64,000 bases of DNA, from assembly GCA_964016885.1 (NCBI GenBank), contig OZ024742.1, positions 144,150,001 to 144,214,000 of the forward strand, written 5' to 3'. The DNA comes from Eledone cirrhosa. Its lineage: Eukaryota. Below are positions 53,011 through 64,000 of the stretch, one piece after another; positions within the stretch are counted from its first letter, which is position 1, and every line of letters starts with the position of its first letter. Made by a program: the position numbers and the translations under genes. The notes under the pieces are model-generated. The model made no database searches. It saw nothing but the letters and a program-made list of their open reading frames with translations, and was not told the origin of the DNA.

Positions 53011-53928
53011 ACAAGGTCATAGATAAGTTACCATTATTATCAAGAATCATCCCTCTAGATCTGCCCAGATCTGCATAGCAGGCCTTTCTCAATCAGATCT
53101 TAATCTAAGATGATGTTGGACCTAAAGTCAGAGGATTGAGCTTTTCCTCCGAGATGGGTGGACCGGCTGAAAAATACTACCTTTCTCTGTTGTGGTCGAG
53201 GATAAAAGAGGTATGTCTATTAATCAGAGATTTAATAGATTTTTAAATTTCATGTTTCTATCCAATATTACATGTGAAATAAAATTATAGCAATGATGAT
53301 AATGATGGTTACTGCTGCTGCAACCGATGATGATGATGATGAGATGAATGAGGAGGGGAAGATGAGAAGGGTGATAATGATGAGTGACAACAACCACCTC
53401 AGCAAATCATATCAACTGATTTTCTACCAACTTCACACCAACCCATTTACAAAATCAATTTTCATTTTTTTTTTCCATTTTTCACTTTTATGTTTGTCAC
53501 CTATTATCATATTCTCACTCTCTCTCTTTCTCTCACTCCACCCCACTTTACCTTACTACACATGACTTCATTTTCATCCTTCCCTCTTATTTCCTAACCT
53601 TTAGGTTCCATCTTACCGCACTGCAGCGGAAGATCAGAGAAAAGGGTAGGGCTGTTAATACACATAAAATACAATCTTTCAAGTTAAAGTGGTTTGACTA
53701 AAATGCAATTGTAATTTCAGCTGAGTACAGCATAGTGCATGACTACAGTATTATTTTATACAGTACTGCATTATATATGATATCACAACTACTATATTCA
53801 TTCATATAGTATGGTATCACATGATTTATTACCATTTGAAGTACAATATCAGAATGCTCTACCATTTATATAATACAGTGCATCTTGATGTATCATATAA
53901 AGCAGTGTATCTCGGTGTACCATAGAAC

Positions 53929-54170
53929 TGAAGGTACATGGCTTAGTGGCTAGAGAGTTGGATTCACAATCGTGAGGTTGCGAGTTCAATTCTTGGACTG
54001 GGTGATGCATTGTGTCCTTGAGCAAGTCACTTTATTTCATGTTGCTCCTTCTTCCAGGAGTTGTGTCTGGTAGATAGTATCAACAATGGAAAGACCAATG
54101 GAAACATTGTTTCCTTGGTCTGATTTGATGAGGTCCCCCCAACTCGGCAAGTGAATGATCGATCAGAGCA
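53929..54170 (+). mobile_element. Old CORE-type SINE
   Basis: GAAGGTACATGGCTTAGTGG, GAGTTCAATTC, TGTGTCCTTGAGCAAGTCACTTTATTTC. Confidence 0.75.
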
Positions 54171-55153
54171 ATCTTGGTCTTTAGAAGAAAATACACATAT
54201 TAGAACATAAAACTCACTGTAGATTAACAAAACTTTTATATAAAGACGACACTAATGCTTCAATGCTCTGCATAGCAGATGAAACACTAAAATGATACCA
54301 GAAACAAGAATCCAGCCCTTGCAGCAATGTAAAACTGATGTATCATACAAAACAGTTCTACACTGCCAAAAGAAAACACTACATAGTGCACACACATCAG
54401 GAAAATAAAAGTGCATTTGATAATGCACAATAAACTTGCATAAGACTGTTGAAAACGTAATAGCAATAGTAACTTATTCGAACGCAAGCTCTGCAATTTG
54501 TATAGTACAAGAGGTAAGGCTGATTATTCTTGCCTCACTCAAACATATTACTAATGTTAAATGTAAGGAATCAAAAGCAAACATTGAACTTAACAAACAG
54601 GAGCTTTGTCTTTATTACATGACAACAACAACAACAACAACAACAACAGCATAATATACAAGAAAAAACAACAACAACAACAATAACAAGAGAAATGAAA
54701 ACAGTAATAGATCGTGATATTTCCACATATCTATTTCCAATCTCACTCTGTAGCAGTAAATGCCAAACAACAAACAGAGGGGAAATTCTTTAACAATAAA
54801 TAAGCAAACAAAAAAACAAAAAAAAAAACAAAAAAAAAAAAAACAAAAACTGCTGTGACTTTTGGTGTGTATGAGTATGTGTACACACACTACACACACT
54901 AAATGTTGTGATTATAGTTCTAATGCTATAGTATTAGAGGCATGAAACACCATCTAGCTGTAACACTTCTGGTATTATTACTTAAATGAATGGTTAAAAC
55001 AAAAGACCTGATATCCTAATTGAAGATTTGAAATCATGATATGGTAACAATTTAGTAGTGTGGGTGACAGTATTTTTGTTTTAAGCTTAACGTAACCAAA
55101 ACAAACTCTTATGACATTACAATAGGAGTCCACGTTTTCTACCACTGTAAGAA

Positions 55154-55209
<56 letters not shown>

Positions 55210-55271
55210 ATATACACCCATATATATATATATGTGTGTGTATATATACATCCATATATATATGTGTGTGT

Positions 55272-56307
<1,036 letters not shown>

Positions 56308-56618
56308 GGAGGCACATGGCTTAGTGGTTAGAGCATTGACCTTGCAATCGAAAGGTTGTGAGTTCAATTCTCAGACCAGGTGATGTGTTGTTTCCTTGAG
56401 CAAGACACTTTATTTCACATTGCTCCAGTTTACTCAGCTGTAGAAATGATAGGGACCCCAGTCCCCTATCATTCCACGGCAAAAAAGCACCCAGCACTCA
56501 CTGTAAATGAGGTTGGTGTTAGGAAGGGCATACAGCTGTAGAAATCAAGCCAAAATCAGTTCCCGTCCCACCCTTGCAAGCTGGGAAAAGCGGACGTAAA
56601 ATGAAATGATGATGATGA
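56308..56618 (+). mobile_element. SINE family A
   Basis: GGAGGCACATGGCTTAGTGG ... GCGGACGTAAAATGAA(ATG)n. Confidence 0.92.
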
Positions 56619-56803
56619 TATATATATATATATGTATGTATACACACACACATATGTATATATTATTAGACAGTAAATTGTAGCAGCTATATTTGCCATC
56701 TGATACATGAGAACGTAGTTTAAATCCTTGTTGTTGACCTGCATTGTGTAAAACACTACATTTTTTCATTCTTTATTTTGTTTACTCTTCTACACTAGAG
56801 CAA

Positions 56804-56987
56804 TAATTGTTTCTACTTTAGGCACAAGGCCAGCAATTACCCAGTGCATTACTGGTACTTTATTTTTATCGACCCCGTAAGGATGAAAGGTAAAGTCAAC
56901 CTCGGCGGGATTTGAACTCAGATCGTAAAGGGACATAACTATGCTGGAAAGCATTGCATCCGACCCTCTACCGACACTGCCAATCCA
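56804..56987 (-). mobile_element. SINE family B
   Basis: TSD TAGAGCAATAAT at 56796-56807 / 56988-56999. Confidence 0.9.
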
Positions 56988-57560
56988 TAGAGCAATAATG
57001 ATAGTCTGCTCTCAGAACTAATCGGCAATAGAGATTCATTTTTTTTTTTTCCTTATTGCTATTTTAAGGAGGGAAGGATACTGCCATGACGATTTATTTT
57101 TCAGGTCCTCCAAGACTAGCAGGAGGGAGGGAAGATGTTAGACTCAAATAAGATCTGGTCTGAATTCTTACATCTGAGTGAACTCTACTAAAGACATTTA
57201 AGAACAAGGTGAAGGTTTTAAATTGAGAAGTGTATTAAGTCTACTATCCAAGAGTCAGAATAAATACTGCAAAGCATAACATTTTACACTCTAAAAGTCC
57301 TACTAATTCACTACTTTCAACTGGTACTTTATATTAATGATGAAAAGCAAAGTTGATTTCAGCAGGAGTTGAATCAGAACAAATAGGACGAGGCACTTTG
57401 TCCTACATTCTAACCATTCTACCAATTTGCTGCTTAATTCCTTGTTTCAGGAGACTTTGAACAACACTCACTCCTTTCACTAGTAGTTATTTTCTAGTTT
57501 TAGCTTGCAGAAAGAAAAGAAAATCGACTTGCTCCACCATTACACATATGAAATGAAGTC

Positions 57561-57773
57561 TTAACCCTTTAATGTTCAAACCGGCCAGAATTCTCTACCT
57601 CTTTCTGTTGAAACTAGCTGTAACTGGTCGCCCAAACGATGTTAAGGTATTGTTCTCAAAATAAATACTTTCAAAATCTCATAGATTCGATATTATGTGA
57701 GATATGTGAGGTAAAGCCTTTACCATGATAATATAATAGTATATATAAAATAATCTGGTTGCTAAAGGGTTAA
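57561..57773 (-). mobile_element. piggyBac-like MITE family 1
   Basis: TTAACCCTTT ... GCTAAAGGGTTAA; close to the reverse complement of 11818-12035. Confidence 0.85.
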
Positions 57774-57897
57774 ACTGAACAATTCAATGCAATTAGATGA
57801 TTTTCATTTACTCTCTAACTAAACATTAGATTCATTGGGAAATTGGATAAGGCAAAAATTCTCCATACTATAAGGTAAATCTTCCTGAAACCATATT

Positions 57898-58137
57898 TTA
57901 ACCAATTTGATATCAAACTGCTCCTGGTTCTACGATGCTAAGTTGTTTATTTTAAAATGTCTATATTTATCTGGAAAGTATTCATCATAATTTTATGCAC
58001 GAACATTTGTTAAGTTATGTTCCAAACACCAACTTAACAATGAGACTGTTAGTTATATTACCAAATCCAAACTTCTATATTATTTTCAAAATTACAGGAA
58101 ATGTTTTCCATTAAAAATATGGTAAGAAAAAGGTTAA
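57898..58137 (+). mobile_element. TTAA-CCC MITE family 2, diverged
   Basis: TTAAGTTATGTTCCAAACACC interior shared with the 39182 and 52457 copies; AAAGGTTAA end. Confidence 0.55.
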
Positions 58138-58926
58138 GTTGCTAAAAATACATCAATAAAATAAAATCCCAGAAATTTGATTTATCTAGGTAGTAAAGAA
58201 CCACACTCCTATCTCTTTCATTCATTACAACAGTTTATTTCTTTAATATTGGAAACTTTACAACTAAATTATGTTAAGAAAATAAAATTATATTTTGTAC
58301 TTTCTCTTACATTCGGTGTTTCATAAATTCCCATCAAGATCTTATGGAATATTGTTGTTTTACAAAATACTTTTGGAAACACAAAGGTACGTACACATAT
58401 ACACACAAACATTCATACAAATACAGGCATTTATACATACACATGCCTACACACATTATATATATATATAATCACACACACATATATATATATCAATTCA
58501 ACTCGTTTTATGACACACCATGGCTATAACAAGGAATAAGTAGTTATTAGGTGACTATTACAAAAGAAATTCAAAGAGAATTACTTGAAGAATGGATATA
58601 TATATATATACATATATAACACCCCCAAAAAATTGAAACTTCTTTTGAATAACTCTATTGAATTATTAAAACAAAACAAAAGAAAAAGCGATGTAAAAAT
58701 TTCTAGACATGAGAGAAAAAAAATTTATTTTTTGAATTTAAAAATGGTTAGTATAAAGTCCTCTCCTTCCCCAAGAAAATACATAAATGAACAAAGGAAA
58801 GAAAAATAGTTACTGAATTCTCACAAGTTGTAAAATCTTCTACCCCCCCCCTCTCACTCTGTATTATATACATACATACATGTGTATTTACCAATCCATT
58901 TCTCTATCTGGGCATAAATGTATATC

Positions 58927-58979
<53 letters not shown>

Positions 58980-59008
58980 CATCATGATTTTACGTTCGTT
59001 TTTCCCTG

Positions 59009-59092
<84 letters not shown>

Positions 59093-59096
59093 GTGT

Positions 59097-60710
59097 CATC
59101 ATCATCATCATCATCATCGTTTAACGTCCATCTTCCACGCTTGCATGGGTATGGACGGGAGTTTTCCCACTTGAGGCAAGATTGGTTGTCCTGCTCGTAT
59201 AGGACTGTCTGGTGGGTTTTCTACGGCTGGATGCCCTTCCTAACACCAACCACGTTTACAGTGTGGACTGGGAGGTTTTTACCGTGTTACCTACACGGCC
59301 ACATTACAGCGTGGACTGTGTGTTTTTTTGTCGTGACACCTACACGACCTCATTTGTTTCGGACTGGATGTTGTGGTACCAACATAACTTTACATTGAAA
59401 GGGGTGGTGTGGATGGGGTGGGGGTAGTGGGACGGGGGGGGTATTTTTGTTAAGAGGTGCCTACTGACTGTAGGTTTCGCTTTGTACTTAGGTAAGGCGG
59501 GTCTCTGTATTACTGTGTAGGGCCAAAGATCTCAGTCCAGTGACATTGTCTTAGAGAGGTGTAAGTGTGTGAGGTTGGAATTTATCAAGTCGTCCCAGGT
59601 TTTTCTGGGTCTGCTTACTCTATTCCGTGGCTACCGTCTATTTTTATCGCCCTGCACTTTTTTATACAGCTATCGTCTTTCATGCGCATCACCTGACCGT
59701 ACCAGCATAGTCTTCTCTCGAGTAAACAACATCTGATCCCTCTTATTCCTAATTTCTCCCTTAATTCATTTATGCTTTGCCGTTCATGTATATTACTATT
59801 ACACATCCAACGGTGCATGCAAGCTTCGTTCCTCTCCAGTCTGTGTATATCCTCTGCACACAATGCCCAGGTCTCACTGCCATGCAACATTGCTGTTCGT
59901 ATGCAGGCATCATACAGCCTGCCTTTTATTTTTAGAGAGAACCCTTTAGCGGCCAATAGTGGTATAAGCTCTCTGAACTTTTTCCATCCCGTTCTGACTC
60001 TAACTACTGTACTTTCAGAGCACCCTCCACCACTGCTGATTTTGTCACCCAGGTAACGGAAGGTGTCCACTATTTCTATAGAACCATCTGTGCAATGTAA
60101 TGAGCTAGTATTCTGTGGGCACTTGCTGCTACTTATTGCACCTGAGCACCAGCCACATATAAAATCTATATTCTTAGTTAGCTTACCTGTGATGACACTA
60201 CATCTTTTATGCACCCATACTTTACATTTGGGACATAAAATGGAGTTTCTGCCTACTCCTTTCCTACACGCTAAGCATGGCCATTTCCCAGATGGGATCA
60301 GTGCCCTATTTTCCTTCCTACAAACTAGAACTTTAGTCTTAGACAGGTTAATTTTAAGGCCTTTTGATTCTAGACCATGCTTCCATGTTTGGAATTTCTT
60401 CTCTAGTTCAGCCCTTGATTCAGCTATGAGCGTTAGATCATCTGCGTATAGGAGTTCCCATGAGCAGCCGGTCTTGAACTCCTCTGTTATAGCCTTAAGG
60501 GCAATAATAAATAGGAGGGGGCTAAGGACAGAGCCCTGATGAACACCAACTTTTACGCTAAACTCTTCACTATATTCGTTGTTAATTCTAACCTTGCTGG
60601 CTGTTTCTTTATACATGGCTTGTATAGATCTCACAAGCCATTCATCAACACCTAGTTTTCTGAGAGCCCACTAGATAATGGGGCATGCGACTATGTCAAA
60701 GGCTTTCTCC
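59097..60710 (-). mobile_element. 5'-truncated RTE-clade LINE with long 3' UTR and (GAT)n tail
   Basis: RT homology from LEKAFD (~60710) through the ORF; frameshifted RPRKTWD end; continuous to GGACGTTAAAC(GAT)n. Confidence 0.88.
59490..60710 (-). pseudogene. LINE reverse transcriptase with Cys-rich (PHD-like) insert, truncated, frameshifted near the C-terminus
   Basis: VGVHQGSVLSPLLF, LLYADDL, KWPCLACRKGVGRNSILCPKCKVWVHKRCS..CGWC, FRYLGD, GWKKFREL, MLHGSETW. Confidence 0.92.
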
Positions 60711-60829
60711 AGTGAACAAAAGCCAAGTATAGGGGTTTATGTGTGTATGTGTATATATATATATATATATATATGTATCTGTGTGTGTGTATATATATAT
60801 TTATATATATCTGTGTGTGTGTATCTATC

Positions 60830-60862
<33 letters not shown>

Positions 60863-60915
60863 CTTATAGCTAGCATGGAAGATAGACGTTAAACGATGAT
60901 GATGATGATATATGA

Positions 60916-61249
60916 TCATCATCATCATTTTACGTCCGTTTTTCCCTGCTTGCAAGGGTAGGACGGGAACTAATTGTGGCTTGATTTCTACAGCTGGATG
61001 CCCTTCCTAACACCAACCTCATTTACAGTGTGGGCTGGGTGCTTTTTTGCTGTGGCCCCTCCACGACTACTTTGCAGTGGAATGATAGAGGTGCCAGTCC
61101 TATCATCTCATTTCTACAGCTGAGTAAACTGGAGCAATGTGAAATAAAGTGTCTTGCTCAAGGAAACAACACATCACCCGGTCTGAGAATTGAACTCACA
61201 ACCTTTTGATTGCAAGGTCGATGCTCTAACCACTAAGCCATGTGCCTCC
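60916..61249 (-). mobile_element. SINE family A, full length
   Basis: Near-identical to 14457-14794. Confidence 0.92.
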
Positions 61250-61266
61250 ATATGATATATATATAT

Positions 61267-61796
61267 GTAGATAAATCTACCAAGAGTTTACGGTAGTGTC
61301 CAATCCGTATGAAGAACTCAATGTATTCCGGATATCATGGAAAGAAGAAATGTAATGAAAAATCACTTTCGGTGAAAGATAAACGGTATACAGAGTCAAG
61401 ATAAAATATTAAACAAATAATGAATAAACAATTCCTTATATTAAACAAAAAAAGTTCATTATTTAACGATCGTTTCTAGGATATATATGTGTTAGAGTTG
61501 GCATGCATATTCAACAGATCTATGTACAAAATTATACAAAATTATACAAACTATCAAGATTAAATATACATACCAACACATATATACGCCGTCTTCAGAA
61601 ATAATTTCTGAAGACGGCGTATATATGTGTTGGTATGTATATTTAATCTTGATAGTTTGTATAATTTTGTATAATTTTGTACATAGATCTGTTGAATATG
61701 CATGCCAACTCTAACACATATATATCCTAGAAACGATCGTTAAATAATGAACTTTTTTTGTTTAATATAAGGAATTGTTTATTCATTATTTGTTTA

Positions 61797-61805
<9 letters not shown>
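61267..61805 (-). mobile_element. Fold-back cassette (family P5): 202-bp perfect palindrome arms plus ~135 bp tail
   Basis: 61401-61602 is the reverse complement of 61604-61805; 1-nt centre; (TA)n on both sides. Confidence 0.85.
61604..61745 (+). ncRNA. Type-I hammerhead motif with ~115-nt stem II (identical mirror on minus strand at 61461-61602)
   Basis: ATTT-CTGAAGA-cggcgTATATATGTGTTGG...CTAACACATATATAtccta-GAAA-CGATCG-TT-AAAT; palindromic stem III, GUU site. Confidence 0.68.
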
Positions 61806-61827
<22 letters not shown>

Positions 61828-62171
61828 CATCATCGTTTAACGTCTATCTTCCACGTTAGCTATAAGTGAAAATGTTTAAATTAAGGTATATATGCATTTA
61901 TCATATTAATTGACATCTATGTGTCTTGGTGTGAGAGTGAGTATATACATTTATGTATATGTCTATGTTTGTAGGTATGTTGTATATAAGCCTGTGTGTT
62001 TACATGCACATTTCTTCTTTCTGTATTACTGTATTTTCTCTTATGGATATAAATGCTTATATTTTACGGTAAGATGCCATATTGTGATGTTCATACCGTT
62101 CCCATCTGCATATTTGTTAAAGAAATGTAGCTAAGGTGTGTTTAGCATATATATAGTTAAGTTATGTTTAG

Positions 62172-62232
<61 letters not shown>

Positions 62233-64000
62233 CTGTGTTTAGCATATATAGCTATACAATTGAGATCAAACTCTCCCATATGTAAGAATACCAGATTCTT
62301 ATTAATCCTTTCTTGTAGCGAAGAATTTTAGTCAATCATATAAACCATATTGCTTATTTCAGTAAATATTTTAGTGATTCTTATTACTTGAATGGCTAAG
62401 TTGCTTTTTGATATAAAAGAATGCAACTCAACACATCGATTTATACCAGTTGCACAGGCACACACATATAAACATACTTGAAGGTTCTGTAGAGTCCCAG
62501 TCTATCAAATTTTACTAACAAGGAATTGGGTTAACTAAACACTATAGTAAGAAAGATAGTTGCCAAAGGTGCCACACAACGTAACAGAACCCAAACTTAT
62601 ACCATTGAGAAGCAAATTTCTTAAGCATGAGACTATGGTGAATATATTGAAGGTAAGAAATATAGAAACACTCTTGATTTATTTATCATACACCAAGATA
62701 TATACAAGGTGTTTATAAAGTTTTTGTGCAATTATAAACATATAAATGTTTTATTTATCAGGTTTTGTACACCAGAACTCTTAAAATCTTGTTCACCATT
62801 ATTTTACATCCTCCTACTAGCACAGTCTGGATGATTTTTTGTGGGCAGTTTTTTTCTACAGGCAAATACCCTCCCAAAGGTCAAACCATACTTTATAGGT
62901 AAGGCATATACTACTCATCTTCATCGAATCACTATGTTGCAGGGCATATTGTTTATAAAGGAAATAAACAAATGACATGATTTGCTGTAAACATTGTTAG
63001 CATGAAGATGCATGTGGTAAACTGCCACATGCACACACACCTATATCAGGGAAAATAAACTTTAAATGATGATGATTATATAGGCTTCTTTATGGTTTCC
63101 ATCTACCAAATTCACTCACAAGATATTGGTTGACCTAAGGCTATAACAGAACCAAAATACACACAGTTGTGAAAGGAACTTCTTACCCACACAGTCAAAA
63201 AAAAAAAAAAAATGCTGCTGTAGCTTACAAAGTTGAAGCCTATAACAGCTGCGAGAGGAAGATCCACTACCTTTTACAGAAAAGCTGCACCACATAAGAT
63301 ATCAATTAAAAACTAAATGAAAAGGTTTTAAGATCCAGGTGAGTCAATATTCTGAGATATGTAAGACTTGGTTGTTTCAACCTCATTTATGATGTTAATA
63401 CTTTTCAAACAGATATGAAGATCCCTGCTCATCTCTTATAATATACTTTAAAATATAACATCTTCATATTTTTCCCTTCTACTAAAAAATGGAAAGGAAA
63501 GTACTGATCCTTAGATCAAACCAAGGATATTATGTTTCCATTTATTACAGTGTAAACCTTATACTATAGTGTAATGCTTACACTATCAGTTGTTCACAGC
63601 TCCTGACAGAATTGTAACAATTATTATTTTGTTTTTCCTGCCAAGAGACAGCATTTGAATTAAGAACAAAAGTTACAAAACATCCCAAAAGTTTATTTTT
63701 TCTGGTGACAGGAGATAGGATTTAAACTGAGAACATGTAGAGCTAGAACTGATGCTACAAGACATCCCAATCTAGCATTTAACAATTCCACCAATGAACT
63801 GCTACTACTATATCTAGTGAATGTGATAGGAAGGAATGAAAAGTTAACCTCAGCAGGATTTGAATTCAGGCATAATGAGCCAGAAGAAATGCTATAAAAT
63901 ATTAAATCTGCCAATCCACTGCCTAAAAAAAACAATAAAAAAAGACTATAACCAATAAAAAAACAAACAAACAAGTCGTAAGAAACTCTCAGGAAAACTG

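Noticed and set aside
56308-56385. tRNA gene
   Set aside because: A and B boxes are present but no convincing cloverleaf; it is the head of a multicopy SINE

Overview
AT-rich, microsatellite-saturated eukaryotic non-coding DNA. The repeat content (tRNA/CORE-type SINEs with RTE-like (ATG)n tails, a second tRNA-SINE family, TTAA-flanked MITEs, dense (TA)n/(CA)n/(GA)n) strongly suggests an octopod cephalopod intron or intergenic region; this is an inference. No host protein-coding gene is supportable, and almost all listed ORFs are microsatellite translations. Real coding remnants are 5'-truncated RTE-clade LINE reverse transcriptases (7461-8565 -, 10420-11068 +, 32672-32893 +, 42945-43265 -, 59097-60710 -) and an R4/Dong/NeSL-type restriction-like endonuclease fragment (50600-50993 +). 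The most notable signal is a set of short, mostly (TA)n-flanked cassettes from several unrelated sequence families. Most are asymmetric fold-back palindromes, and many carry a type-I hammerhead ribozyme core (stem I, CUGANGA, stem II, GAAA, short often palindromic stem III, UH, stem I'). Stem II ranges from about 13 nt to about 115 nt. These are best read as Penelope-like-element pseudo-LTR or retrozyme-like remnants. All structures were read by eye and none has been validated by folding, database search or cleavage assay.
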